Positions 35,403-50,929 of a stretch of DNA of 64,000 nucleotides are shown piece after piece (position 1 is the stretch's first letter; every line of letters begins with the position of its first letter). Below the pieces are notes generated by a model, which worked only from the letters and a program-made list of their open reading frames with translations, was not told where the DNA came from and ran no database searches. This stretch comes from Escherichia coli (GTDB lineage: Bacteria > Pseudomonadota > Gammaproteobacteria > Enterobacterales > Enterobacteriaceae): assembly GCF_003334255.1 (NCBI RefSeq), contig NZ_QOWU01000015.1; one strand, written 5' to 3'. The translations under genes were made by a program, and so were the position numbers.

Positions 35403-35921
35403 TTAGCTCTTTTCAGGACATTTGGTATTTGGCTGAATACGCGTTTCGTTATACGTCGTGGTAATAACAACGGCTAAACCTGTCGTAAACTGGCACTCTT
35501 TACCCACCTGGGTAGAGGTATACACTTTGGTGCCTTCCTTATAGGTTAAAGAAACACCTTCCACTAAGGTTTTATCATTCACCATAGAACCCGCTGCCGC
35601 GCCTACAGCTCCGCCGCCAACTGCACCTGCCGTCGTTCCGGAATTGCTGCCAGACCCGACGTTGTGGCCGATAACACCGCCAGCGACTGCGCCAATAAGC
35701 GCGCCGAAGGCTTGTGCGTTCCGTTTATTTTGGGAGTTGTCTACGGCAACTTTTGCGGGAAGAATGGAAATAATATTAACGGTTTTAGTTTCTTGTTTGG
35801 TATTCAGTTGATCGGTTTGATAAACATCGGCAGCATGATCGTCAGCATTTGACTGGCATCCTGCCAGAGTGAATGACGCTAACATTGCCACAGGCAGAAG
35901 ACATTTTTTAAATTTCATCAC
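35403..35921 (-). CDS. yfgH: YfgH, outer-membrane glycine-zipper lipoprotein
   Basis: 172-aa ORF; lipobox LAGC; glycine-zipper stretch GALIGAVAGGVIGHNVG. Confidence 0.85.
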   Translation of the reverse strand: MMKFKKCLLPVAMLASFTLAGCQSNADDHAADVYQTDQLNTKQETKTVNIISILPAKVAVDNSQNKRNAQAFGALIGAVAGGVIGHNVGSGSNSGTTAGAVGGGAVGAAAGSMVNDKTLVEGVSLTYKEGTKVYTSTQVGKECQFTTGLAVVITTTYNETRIQPNTKCPEKS

Positions 35922-36231
35922 TATTCCTTGTTATACACATTACGAAAAATAAGACATTTAAGATCATCAAAAGAGGAAAGTAAATGTATTGCGTATAAAG
36001 GGATAGATTAAATTTATTAAAATTCACGCAGGGAATAATTTATAAAAATATATCATTACAACATATATATTAATTTTATATTTATTTCGCAGCCAAACAG
36101 GATAAACATCAGTCAGGATAAAGACGTAAAATTTAAGATGAAAGAATATCTGCCGCTTTGATAATCCCAAACAGCAAAAGCATCCGACAGCGAAGTGCCG
36201 TTATGTTCTGTGAAAGTGGAGAAGGTAACCG

Positions 36232-36423
36232 CTAACGTTGTACCGGTGATTCGACGGAGAGTGTGGATTGCTGAGCTTCTTTTTTGCTCTGATGGTGCTG
36301 CCAGGCACCGACGGACGAGTAGATAAAACGGCCAAAGAAGAAGATAAAGCTGATGAGCAGTACGATACGGGTCATGCGACTGTTAAATCGGTGTCGTTTT
36401 CGCATACTGGTTGCCTGACTCAC
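36232..36423 (-). CDS. yfgG: YfgG, small membrane protein
   Basis: 63-aa ORF with one TM segment (IVLLISFIFFFGRFIY). Confidence 0.75.
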   Translation of the reverse strand: MSQATSMRKRHRFNSRMTRIVLLISFIFFFGRFIYSSVGAWQHHQSKKEAQQSTLSVESPVQR

Positions 36424-36633
36424 AAAAGGTTCCTTGAAGTATGTCCCACGCTGTGGACGGTACTTACATTAAGGCACAACAGGACAAAATGGTCAATTCT
36501 TCGTTATGTAAAAAAGCGTCAGTGGATACATATTTTAATGTTATGGAAGTTAATTTAATTATTTACAATGATGATGTAATAATGATGAATTAACATGATA
36601 AACGTAATAATTCATTAATCAGGGTTATTTTGT

Positions 36634-36674
36634 TTGATATATATCAATTGGTACTTTCATATGACACTTAGAAT
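36634..36674 (+). promoter_or_regulatory. FNR-dependent class II promoter of pdeF
   Basis: Perfect FNR consensus TTGAT-atat-ATCAA at 36634-36647; -10 TAGAAT at 36669-36674, which places the site near -41.5. Confidence 0.65.
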
Positions 36675-36774
36675 CAATGCTCTCTATAGTGATGAATAAT
36701 CATCATTCGAAGTCAGGTGGGATGCCTGTCTGAATACACCTCCTTCAGGATGTGGGGGATTCTGCTGAGCATCT

Positions 36775-39018
36775 ATGAAACTGAATGCAACTTATATAAA
36801 AATACGTGATAAATGGTGGGGGCTTCCGCTGTTCCTGCCTTCTTTAATCTTGCCCATTTTCGCCCACATTAATACTTTCGCGCATATTTCTTCCGGTGAG
36901 GTTTTTCTCTTTTATCTGCCTCTGGCACTGATGATCAGCATGATGATGTTTTTCAGCTGGGCGGCATTGCCAGGGATCGCCTTAGGGATTTTTGTCCGCA
37001 AATATGCAGAGCTGGGTTTTTACGAAACGCTATCATTAACGGCTAATTTTATTATCATTATCATTCTCTGTTGGGGCGGTTACAGGGTCTTTACTCCCCG
37101 GCGTAACAACGTTTCACATGGTGATACCCGTTTAATTTCCCAGCGTATATTCTGGCAGATTGTGTTTCCTGCAACGCTGTTTCTGATACTTTTCCAGTTT
37201 GCTGCATTTGTAGGATTACTGGCGAGCAGAGAAAATCTGGTCGGTGTCATGCCTTTTAACCTCGGGACTTTAATCAATTATCAGGCCTTACTGGTGGGTA
37301 ATCTGATCGGTGTCCCGCTGTGCTACTTCATCATTCGGGTAGTGCGAAATCCATTTTATTTACGTAGCTATTATTCGCAATTAAAACAGCAGGTTGATGC
37401 CAAAGTCACCAAAAAAGAGTTCGCGCTCTGGCTACTGGCATTAGGTGCTTTATTGTTGCTGTTATGCATGCCGTTAAATGAAAAAAGCACAATTTTTAGC
37501 ACCAATTATACCTTGTCATTATTGCTGCCCCTGATGATGTGGGGAGCGATGCGCTATGGTTATAAGCTGATTTCGCTGCTCTGGGCGGTCGTGTTGATGA
37601 TCAGCATCCACAGCTATCAAAATTACATTCCCATTTATCCTGGCTATACCACGCAGCTGACCATAACCTCCTCCAGTTATCTGGTATTCTCTTTTATTGT
37701 CAATTATATGGCTGTACTGGCAACCCGTCAGAGAGCGGTAGTCAGACGCATTCAGCGGCTTGCGTATGTGGACCCGGTGGTTCATCTGCCAAATGTTCGC
37801 GCCCTGAATCGCGCGTTGCGTGATGCCCCCTGGTCTGCGCTTTGTTATTTACGCATCCCTGGCATGGAAATGCTGGTTAAGAACTATGGCATCATGCTGC
37901 GGATTCAATACAAGCAAAAACTTTCTCACTGGCTGTCACCCTTGCTGGAACCGGGTGAAGATGTTTATCAGCTTTCGGGTAACGATCTCGCGCTGCGACT
38001 GAATACAGAATCGCACCAGGAGCGCATTACCGCACTGGATAGCCATCTCAAGCAATTTCGTTTCTTTTGGGATGGCATGCCGATGCAACCGCAGATTGGC
38101 GTCAGTTACTGCTATGTGCGCTCGCCAGTGAATCATATCTACCTGCTGCTGGGAGAGCTAAATACGGTCGCCGAACTTTCCATCGTGACCAACGCCCCGG
38201 AAAATATGCAGCGTCGCGGGGCAATGTATTTGCAACGCGAATTGAAAGATAAAGTCGCGATGATGAATCGACTACAGCAGGCGCTGGAACACAACCATTT
38301 TTTCCTGATGGCCCAGCCGATTACCGGTATGCGTGGTGATGTTTACCATGAAATTCTTCTGCGCATGAAAGGTGAGAATGATGAACTGATCAGCCCCGAT
38401 AGCTTCTTGCCGGTCGCACACGAATTTGGTTTATCGTCGAGTATCGACATGTGGGTCATTGAGCATACGCTGCAATTTATGGCTGAAAACAGAGCGAAGA
38501 TGCCCGCTCACCGTTTTGCTATTAATCTGTCTCCAACCTCGGTATGTCAGGCTCGTTTTCCTGTTGAAGTCAGTCAGTTGCTGGCTAAATATCAGATTGA
38601 AGCGTGGCAACTTATTTTTGAAGTCACCGAAAGTAATGCTCTGACCAATGTTAAGCAGGCGCAAATCACCTTGCAGCATCTTCAGGAATTAGGCTGCCAG
38701 ATTGCGATTGATGATTTCGGCACCGGCTACGCCAGCTATGCGCGGCTTAAAAATGTGAATGCCGATCTGCTTAAAATTGACGGCAGTTTTATCCGCAATA
38801 TTGTGTCAAATAGTCTGGATTATCAGATAGTGGCATCGATTTGCCACCTGGCGCGAATGAAGAAAATGCTGGTAGTGGCAGAGTACGTTGAAAACGAAGA
38901 GATCCGCGAGGCGGTGCTCTCTTTGGGGATCGATTATATGCAGGGTTATCTTATTGGTAAGCCGCAGCCGTTAATTGATACGCTGAATGAAATCGAACCC
39001 ATTCGCGAAAGTGCCTGA
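36775..39018 (+). CDS. pdeF: PdeF (YfgF), MASE1 / degenerate GGDEF / EAL c-di-GMP phosphodiesterase
   Basis: 747-aa ORF: N-terminal multi-TM MASE1-like region, degenerate GGDEF (SGNDL), EAL-type domain with the signature E-I-L (HEILLRM). Confidence 0.9.
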   Translation: MKLNATYIKIRDKWWGLPLFLPSLILPIFAHINTFAHISSGEVFLFYLPLALMISMMMFFSWAALPGIALGIFVRKYAELGFYETLSLTANFIIIIILCWGGYRVFTPRRNNVSHGDTRLISQRIFWQIVFPATLFLILFQFAAFVGLLASRENLVGVMPFNLGTLINYQALLVGNLIGVPLCYFIIRVVRNPFYLRSYYSQLKQQVDAKVTKKEFALWLLALGALLLLLCMPLNEKSTIFSTNYTLSLLLPLMMWGAMRYGYKLISLLWAVVLMISIHSYQNYIPIYPGYTTQLTITSSSYLVFSFIVNYMAVLATRQRAVVRRIQRLAYVDPVVHLPNVRALNRALRDAPWSALCYLRIPGMEMLVKNYGIMLRIQYKQKLSHWLSPLLEPGEDVYQLSGNDLALRLNTESHQERITALDSHLKQFRFFWDGMPMQPQIGVSYCYVRSPVNHIYLLLGELNTVAELSIVTNAPENMQRRGAMYLQRELKDKVAMMNRLQQALEHNHFFLMAQPITGMRGDVYHEILLRMKGENDELISPDSFLPVAHEFGLSSSIDMWVIEHTLQFMAENRAKMPAHRFAINLSPTSVCQARFPVEVSQLLAKYQIEAWQLIFEVTESNALTNVKQAQITLQHLQELGCQIAIDDFGTGYASYARLKNVNADLLKIDGSFIRNIVSNSLDYQIVASICHLARMKKMLVVAEYVENEEIREAVLSLGIDYMQGYLIGKPQPLIDTLNEIEPIRESA

Positions 39019-39023
39019 ATAAT

Positions 39024-39050
39024 GCGGGCCGACATTTCTCGTCGGCCCGC
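39024..39050. terminator. Bidirectional stem-loop between pdeF and ppx
   Basis: gcgggccgac-atttctc-gtcggcccgc, a perfect 10-bp stem. Confidence 0.6.
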
Positions 39051-39056
39051 AAAGTA

Positions 39057-42669
<3,613 letters not shown>

Positions 42670-42802
42670 TACCACTTTTACTCCGTTTTATTCACGGGAC
42701 ACTGCCTGGATATTATGGCGAGCAATATTGGCAGATGTCCAACTATGCCAGAAAAGGGGGAAAAAAACTGCTGGAGCTTGCGATTTACAGGTGAATTGAA
42801 AA

Positions 42803-42830
42803 ACGCCAGCGGCAGAGCTGGCGCTTTAAC
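42803..42830 (-). terminator. Putative terminator of purMN
   Basis: Minus strand cgccagctctgccgctggcg followed by tttttc. Confidence 0.55.
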
Positions 42831-42839
42831 TACGGGGCA

Positions 42840-43477
42840 TTACTCGTCGGCAGCGTAGCCCTGCGGCGGCAGACGTTGACCATCCAGCCACGCGGCGTTT
42901 TCGTGCATTTTCAGACGACCATCGGCAAACCAGCTAATCACCAGTGGATAAATAGCGTGTTCCTGGGTTTGCACGCGGGCGGTGATGTCATCTTCCGTAT
43001 CACCAGCAAATACCGGGACTTTCGCCTGTAAAATAACCGGGCCACCGTCCAGTTCATCGGTGACGAAATGCACCGATGTACCGTGCTCTTCATCACCATT
43101 TTCCAGCGCCTGACGATGGGTGTGTAATCCGGGATATTTCGGCAGCAGAGAAGGGTGAATGTTCAGCAAACGCCCGGCATAGTGGGAGACAAACGCCGGG
43201 CTGAGAATGCGCATAAAACCAGCCAGCACGACCATATCGGGTGCGTACATGTCGATTTCATGAATCAACTCCCGGTCATAGGCTTCACGACTGTCAAACG
43301 CGCTGGCGATGAGCGTATGCGTTGCAATACCCGCCTGGCGGGCGCGTTCAAGGCCGAACGCGTCGGCCTTATTGCTGAAAACTGCCCGTACGGTGCCTTT
43401 AATTTTGTTAGTTTTACAGGCGTCAATAATTGCCTGTAAATTACTTCCGTTGCCGGAAATAAGCACCACAATATTCA

Positions 43478-43478
<1 letters not shown>
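42840..43478 (-). CDS. purN: PurN GAR transformylase
   Basis: 212-aa ORF; start overlaps the purM stop by 1 nt. Confidence 0.95.
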
Positions 43479-44533
<1,055 letters not shown>

Positions 44534-44578
44534 TTACTTGCGGTAGAAAAATAAAATTCGGCGCAATTCTAACAGGGA

Positions 44579-44594
44579 AAGCAAACGTTTGCGA
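44579..44594. promoter_or_regulatory. PurR operator in the purMN leader
   Basis: aaGCAAACGTTTGCga is a near-perfect match to the palindromic PurR box; it lies 64 nt upstream of the purM start. Confidence 0.7.
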
Positions 44595-44791
44595 GACTGC
44601 TTTACACAACCTTTTTGCACGTCTTTTCCCCAGGCGCGCGGCGAAAGAAGACTTGTGCCAGGGCAAAGGTTAGTTTTCGGATGGAATAATCTTCTTTCAT
44701 AACCATTTGAATATAAAATAACTTTATCTCAAACCGTTATCATTTTGACTAAAGTCAACGAAAATAATATTGCCGCCTTGAAGAAAGGAGG

Positions 44792-44812
44792 TATAATCCG
44801 TCGATTTTTTTT
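44792..44812 (+). promoter_or_regulatory. upp promoter -10 and T8 initially-transcribed tract
   Basis: TATAAT at 44792-44797 followed by gaT8g (T-run 44805-44812), the classic architecture of the pyrimidine-regulated upp promoter. Confidence 0.7.
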
Positions 44813-44839
44813 GTGGCTGCCCCTCAAAGGAGAAAGAGT

Positions 44840-45466
44840 ATGAAGATCGTGGAAGTCAAACACCCACTCGTCAAACACAAGCTGGGACTGATGCGTGAGC
44901 AAGATATCAGCACCAAGCGCTTTCGCGAACTCGCTTCCGAAGTGGGTAGCCTGCTGACTTACGAAGCGACCGCCGACCTCGAAACGGAAAAAGTAACTAT
45001 CGAAGGCTGGAACGGCCCGGTAGAAATCGACCAGATCAAAGGTAAGAAAATTACCGTTGTGCCAATTCTGCGTGCGGGTCTTGGTATGATGGACGGTGTG
45101 CTGGAAAACGTTCCGAGCGCGCGCATCAGCGTTGTCGGTATGTACCGTAATGAAGAAACGCTGGAGCCGGTACCGTACTTCCAGAAACTGGTTTCTAACA
45201 TCGATGAGCGTATGGCGCTGATCGTTGACCCAATGCTGGCAACCGGTGGTTCCGTTATCGCGACCATCGACCTGCTGAAAAAAGCGGGCTGCAGCAGCAT
45301 CAAAGTTCTGGTGCTGGTAGCTGCGCCAGAAGGTATCGCTGCGCTGGAAAAAGCGCACCCGGACGTCGAACTGTATACCGCATCGATTGACCAGGGACTG
45401 AACGAGCACGGATACATTATTCCGGGCCTCGGCGATGCCGGTGACAAAATCTTTGGTACGAAATAA
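44840..45466 (+). CDS. upp: Upp uracil phosphoribosyltransferase
   Basis: 208 aa from ATG 44840 ([11 protein letters not shown]). Confidence 0.95.
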
Positions 45467-45483
45467 AGAATAAAAATAATTAA

Positions 45484-45511
45484 AGCCGACTTTAAGAGTC
45501 GGCTTTTTTTT
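45484..45511 (+). terminator. Intrinsic terminator after upp
   Basis: aaagccgact-ttaaga-gtcggcttt followed by T8. Confidence 0.8.
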
Positions 45512-45551
45512 GAGTAAAGCGCCTATAACACATAATACAGAGGATAATACT

Positions 45552-46841
45552 ATGACGCGCCGTGCTATCGGGGTGAGTGAAAGACCGCCACTTTTACAGA
45601 CAATCCCGCTTAGTTTGCAACATTTGTTCGCCATGTTTGGTGCAACCGTCCTGGTGCCCGTCTTATTTCATATTAACCCGGCGACTGTACTGTTATTTAA
45701 CGGTATTGGAACGCTGCTGTATCTCTTCATCTGTAAAGGGAAAATTCCGGCTTATCTTGGTTCCAGCTTTGCCTTTATTTCACCGGTATTGTTACTGTTG
45801 CCGTTGGGGTATGAAGTCGCGCTGGGCGGCTTTATTATGTGCGGCGTGCTGTTCTGCCTGGTTTCTTTTATCGTGAAGAAAGCGGGGACCGGCTGGCTGG
45901 ACGTGCTGTTTCCACCTGCGGCAATGGGCGCAATCGTTGCCGTCATCGGTCTGGAGCTGGCGGGCGTAGCTGCCGGTATGGCGGGTTTACTCCCGGCTGA
46001 AGGGCAAACGCCAGACTCCAAAACCATCATCATCTCTATTACCACCCTGGCGGTCACGGTTTTAGGTTCCGTGCTGTTTCGTGGTTTCCTGGCAATTATC
46101 CCGATTTTAATTGGCGTGCTGGTGGGGTACGCGCTCTCTTTCGCAATGGGAATTGTCGATACCACGCCGATTATTAATGCTCACTGGTTTGCGCTGCCAA
46201 CCCTCTATACGCCGCGCTTCGAGTGGTTTGCCATTCTGACTATTCTGCCAGCGGCATTAGTGGTTATTGCCGAACACGTAGGGCACCTGGTAGTAACGGC
46301 TAATATCGTCAAAAAAGATCTGCTGCGCGATCCAGGTCTGCACCGTTCGATGTTTGCTAACGGCCTGTCGACCGTGATCTCCGGCTTCTTTGGCTCTACG
46401 CCAAATACCACTTACGGAGAAAACATTGGCGTGATGGCGATCACCCGTGTTTACAGTACTTGGGTTATCGGCGGGGCGGCGATTTTCGCTATCCTGCTTT
46501 CCTGCGTCGGTAAACTGGCTGCCGCTATCCAGATGATCCCATTGCCGGTGATGGGCGGCGTTTCGCTGCTGCTTTATGGTGTCATCGGTGCTTCCGGTAT
46601 TCGTGTTTTGATCGAATCGAAAGTGGATTACAACAAAGCACAGAACCTGATCCTGACTTCCGTGATTTTGATCATCGGCGTCAGTGGCGCGAAGGTAAAC
46701 ATCGGCGCGGCGGAGTTAAAAGGTATGGCGCTGGCGACCATCGTCGGTATCGGCTTAAGTTTGATCTTCAAACTGATTAGTGTGCTGCGCCCTGAAGAAG
46801 TGGTGCTGGACGCAGAAGACGCGGATATAACAGACAAATAA
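45552..46841 (+). CDS. uraA: UraA uracil:H+ symporter (NCS2 family)
   Basis: 429 aa from ATG 45552 ([13 protein letters not shown]); multi-TM. Confidence 0.95.
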   Translation: MTRRAIGVSERPPLLQTIPLSLQHLFAMFGATVLVPVLFHINPATVLLFNGIGTLLYLFICKGKIPAYLGSSFAFISPVLLLLPLGYEVALGGFIMCGVLFCLVSFIVKKAGTGWLDVLFPPAAMGAIVAVIGLELAGVAAGMAGLLPAEGQTPDSKTIIISITTLAVTVLGSVLFRGFLAIIPILIGVLVGYALSFAMGIVDTTPIINAHWFALPTLYTPRFEWFAILTILPAALVVIAEHVGHLVVTANIVKKDLLRDPGLHRSMFANGLSTVISGFFGSTPNTTYGENIGVMAITRVYSTWVIGGAAIFAILLSCVGKLAAAIQMIPLPVMGGVSLLLYGVIGASGIRVLIESKVDYNKAQNLILTSVILIIGVSGAKVNIGAAELKGMALATIVGIGLSLIFKLISVLRPEEVVLDAEDADITDK

Positions 46842-46890
46842 TGTACCGACCGGGCAGTGTTGCTGCCCGGTTCAAACATCATGGGATTCT

Positions 46891-47637
46891 GTGGTAAACT
46901 TCTCGCGATTTTGTGAAATCCTGGTTGAGGTATCTCTGAACACACCGGCACAGCTCTCTTTGCCACTTTATCTTCCTGACGACGAAACCTTTGCAAGTTT
47001 CTGGCCGGGGGATAACTCCTCTTTACTGGCCGCGCTGCAAAACGTGCTGCGTCAGGAACATAGCGGTTACATCTATCTCTGGGCACGCGAAGGCGCGGGG
47101 CGCAGCCATCTGCTGCACGCGGCTTGCGCGGAATTGTCGCAGCGTGGCGATGCGGTGGGCTATGTCCCGCTGGATAAACGCACCTGGTTTGTTCCGGAAG
47201 TGCTCGACGGTATGGAGCATTTGTCGCTGGTCTGTATCGACAACATTGAGTGTATTGCAGGCGATGAGTTGTGGGAGATGGCGATTTTCGATCTCTACAA
47301 TCGAATTCTGGAATCGGGCAAAACACGGTTGTTGATCACCGGCGATCGTCCACCGCGGCAGTTGAATCTGGGATTACCGGATCTCGCGTCGCGACTCGAC
47401 TGGGGGCAGATCTACAAATTGCAGCCACTTTCTGATGAAGATAAGTTGCAGGCGCTACAGTTACGCGCGCGTTTGCGTGGTTTTGAACTGCCGGAAGATG
47501 TGGGGCGTTTCTTGCTGAAGCGGCTCGACAGAGAAATGCGCACGCTATTTATGACGTTGGATCAGTTGGATCGTGCGTCGATTACCGCGCAACGTAAGCT
47601 GACCATTCCGTTTGTGAAAGAAATTCTGAAGTTGTAG
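46891..47637 (+). CDS. hda: Hda, DnaA-related regulator of replication initiation
   Basis: 248-aa maximal ORF with a DnaA-like AAA+ fold ([11 protein letters not shown]). The true start may be the downstream CTG at 46936, which would give 233 aa. Confidence 0.85.
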
Positions 47638-47651
47638 ATAAGGTGTTTATT

Positions 47652-47745
47652 GTCGGATGCGGCGCGAACGCCTTATCCGAACTACGCGAAGTTAATCCAT
47701 AGTATTCGTAGGCCGGATAAGACGTGGCAAGCGTCGCATCCGGCA
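47652..47745. repeat. REP pair (BIME)
   Basis: gtcggatgcggcgcgaacgccttatccg and gtaggccggataagacgtggcaagcgtcgcatccggca. Confidence 0.85.
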
Positions 47746-47774
47746 ATGTGCTTCAACTAGCGATGGAGCACATC

Positions 47775-48134
47775 TTAACCCACGATTTCCAGTACCTGCT
47801 CCGGTGGACGACCAATCCGCGCTTTGCCATTCGCGACCACAATCGGGCGCTCCATCAGCTTCGGATTATCCACCATTGCCTGAATCAGCGCCTCTTCGCT
47901 AAGCGAACTGTCAGCCAGGTTCAGTTCTTTATAAAGATCCTCTTTCTGGCGCATCAATTCGCGGGCGCTATTCATCCCCAGCATTTTCAGCAAATCGCGC
48001 AGCGTTGCCGCATCGGCGGGTGTCTCAAGGTAGAGCACCACTTCTGGCTCCACGCCGTTTTCTTTCAGCAGGTTCAGCGTTTCCCGGCTCTTTGAACAGC
48101 GTGGGTTATGGTAGATTTTTACCTGTTTGGTCAT
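47775..48134 (-). CDS. yfgD: YfgD, ArsC/Spx-family protein
   Basis: 119-aa ORF with N-terminal YHNPRCSKSRETL. Confidence 0.85.
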   Translation of the reverse strand: MTKQVKIYHNPRCSKSRETLNLLKENGVEPEVVLYLETPADAATLRDLLKMLGMNSARELMRQKEDLYKELNLADSSLSEEALIQAMVDNPKLMERPIVVANGKARIGRPPEQVLEIVG

Positions 48135-48154
48135 TGTTCTTCCTTTAATGCGAA

Positions 48155-49618
48155 TTACATCTTGGTATAAGGCTTAAAGCGTTCCTGCAGCTGGCGCAAC
48201 TGGTCGATGCGCGCATCGTAACGCGCTTGTTGCAGGCTGCCTAATTTCACCTGCGAACTGGCGCTACTCAACAAGGAAATGGCCTGATCGAGTCGTCCGG
48301 CGAGCGCATAACCTTCTGCTCGCGCAGCCAGCTCCTGATCGCGGTTATTTAGCGCGGCTTCCGCCTGTGCCAGCAAATCCCAGCCGTTGCTGTCATCTTT
48401 ATTATTAAAGGTGTAGCGATTGAGAATATTGGCCGCTTCTTGTGGTTGACCGCCTTGCAGATAAGCGTTCGCCAGGTTGAGCTGCAACACCGGATTGGTG
48501 CGCAAATCACGGGCATTTTTCAGGCGATTGATTGCCTCATTGGCTTTGTTTTGCCCAAGATCGATATCGGTAGCCAGATCGAGATACCATGCGTTGCCAG
48601 GTTCTGCCGCCAGTAACGGTTGCAGCGTTTTACGCGCCTCGTCGTATTTATTGGCTTCCATCGCCTGTAAAGCACGACCATATTGCGCCGCTCGTTGCTG
48701 ACGAACGTTTCCTTTCGCCCATTCATCCAGCAAATCACTGGTGAGCTGGTTACGTCCGGAATTATACATCCCCAGTGTGCGCGCTTTCGCCAGATAGAAA
48801 TCTTCCGACGACTGCACCACCATCGGGCGCATCTGATTAGCACGGTTGCGGGCATCTGCCAGACGACTTTCCGGCAACGGGTGAGTCAATAAAATTTCCG
48901 GCGGGCGCGAGGAGTAACGCGCCTGATCGAGTAATTTTTCGAGGAAGGTTGGCATCGCTTGCGGATCGAATCCCGAGCGTTGCAGCACCTGAATACCAAT
49001 GCGGTCCGCTTCCTGTTCATTTTGCTGGGTGAAACTGATCATCCCCTGACGCGTTCCCGCCAGTGTACCGGTCAGCGCCGCCATCCCCGCCTGCGGACTG
49101 GCCATCGCCAGTAAAATAGAACCTAACGCGCCGACCCAGGTCAGCGGCGCGCTGCGTTGTTGATCTTCCATCGCTCGCGCCAGGTGACGTTGGGTGACGT
49201 GGGAGATTTCGTGCGCCATAACTGAAGCCAGTTGACTTTCGTTATCGGAATAACGGAACAGGGCAGAGTGCAGCACCACGTTGCCGCCAAAGAAAGCAAA
49301 GGCGTTAATTTCGTCGTTGTTGATCAGAAAAAAATGAAACGGTGTCTTAACCGAATTGGCATGCGAAACCAGACGCATCCCCAGCGAATTAATATATTGC
49401 GTTAACAGCGGGTCATTAATTAACGGCGCGCTGCCGCGTAGCTGGCGGACATAATAGTCGCCCATCTGCATTTCCTGACCAATGGAAAGCGTGCTTCCTG
49501 CGGAGGTTCCCATATCCGGCAAGGTGTCTGCGCTGTCGGCAAACGCCGGGGCTACCTGACCAATGGTCATAGCAGCAATGAGGGTTGCAACCAGGTTTTT
49601 TTTCAACTGCCTGAACAT
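48155..49618 (-). CDS. bepA: BepA (YfgC), periplasmic M48 metalloprotease with TPR domain
   Basis: 487-aa ORF; signal peptide; HExxH ([12 protein letters not shown]). Confidence 0.93.
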
Positions 49619-49830
49619 AACCTCTATCCTGTATTTCTGAAGATAGTCATTTGACCGATACTGTGAAATATCGTTCCCACCGCGCCGCCTTTGAGTGTAA
49701 CGGCGAAGATTAGCCCACTCAAATGACTTTTCAGTTTCCTGAATCCGTCATAAAAAGCGAAGTCTTTTTTGTGACATTTCGATACAATTGCGGATCGCAA
49801 TCCCGCTCTTGAGGTTCAGGGAAGGTCTTT

Positions 49831-50892
49831 ATGCTCGAAATGTTGATGCAATGGTATCGCCGCCGTTTTAGCGACCCGGAAGCGATTGCCTTGCTGGTTA
49901 TTTTAGTTGCCGGATTTGGCATTATCTTTTTCTTTAGTGGCCTGCTTGCTCCGTTGCTGGTGGCTATTGTGCTGGCCTATTTGCTGGAATGGCCAACTGT
50001 GCGCCTGCAATCTATTGGCTGCTCCCGCCGCTGGGCGACGTCGATTGTATTGGTGGTTTTTGTCGGTATATTGCTACTGATGGCGTTCGTGGTACTGCCT
50101 ATCGCCTGGCAACAGGGCATCTACTTAATTCGCGATATGCCGGGGATGCTCAATAAGCTTTCTGACTTTGCCGCCACGTTGCCGCGCCGCTATCCGGCGT
50201 TAATGGATGCGGGCATTATTGATGCAATGGCCGAAAATATGCGCAGTCGGATGCTGACCATGGGCGATTCGGTGGTGAAAATTTCCCTCGCCTCGCTGGT
50301 CGGTTTGCTGACCATAGCCGTCTATCTGGTGCTGGTGCCATTGATGGTCTTCTTCCTGCTGAAAGACAAAGAGCAGATGCTGAACGCCGTTCGTCGGGTG
50401 CTGCCGCGCAACCGTGGACTGGCAGGACAGGTGTGGAAGGAGATGAATCAACAAATCACCAACTATATCCGCGGCAAAGTGCTGGAGATGATCGTGGTGG
50501 GGATCGCCACCTGGCTGGGGTTCTTGCTCTTTGGGCTGAACTATTCGCTGCTGCTGGCGGTGCTGGTCGGCTTCTCGGTACTTATTCCGTACATTGGCGC
50601 ATTTGTGGTGACCATTCCGGTGGTTGGCGTGGCGCTATTCCAGTTTGGTGCAGGCACGGAATTCTGGAGCTGCTTCGCAGTGTATCTGATTATTCAGGCG
50701 CTGGACGGCAACCTGTTAGTACCGGTGTTGTTCTCCGAAGCGGTTAACCTGCATCCGCTGGTGATTATTTTATCGGTGGTGATCTTCGGTGGTTTGTGGG
50801 GATTCTGGGGCGTATTCTTCGCCATTCCATTGGCGACCCTGATCAAAGCCGTGATCCACGCCTGGCCCGATGGGCAAATAGCGCAAGAATAA
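49831..50892 (+). CDS. perM: PerM (YfgO), AI-2E-family permease
   Basis: 353-aa multi-TM ORF. Confidence 0.85.
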   Translation: MLEMLMQWYRRRFSDPEAIALLVILVAGFGIIFFFSGLLAPLLVAIVLAYLLEWPTVRLQSIGCSRRWATSIVLVVFVGILLLMAFVVLPIAWQQGIYLIRDMPGMLNKLSDFAATLPRRYPALMDAGIIDAMAENMRSRMLTMGDSVVKISLASLVGLLTIAVYLVLVPLMVFFLLKDKEQMLNAVRRVLPRNRGLAGQVWKEMNQQITNYIRGKVLEMIVVGIATWLGFLLFGLNYSLLLAVLVGFSVLIPYIGAFVVTIPVVGVALFQFGAGTEFWSCFAVYLIIQALDGNLLVPVLFSEAVNLHPLVIILSVVIFGGLWGFWGVFFAIPLATLIKAVIHAWPDGQIAQE

Positions 50893-50929
50893 TCTTCAGC
50901 CCGACGAACTGTTTCGCCGGGCTGATTTT

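Noticed and set aside
36268-36558. 96-aa plus-strand ORF overlapping yfgG
   Set aside because: Antisense to yfgG and running into the AT-rich spacer; no SD; more likely chance than a gene.
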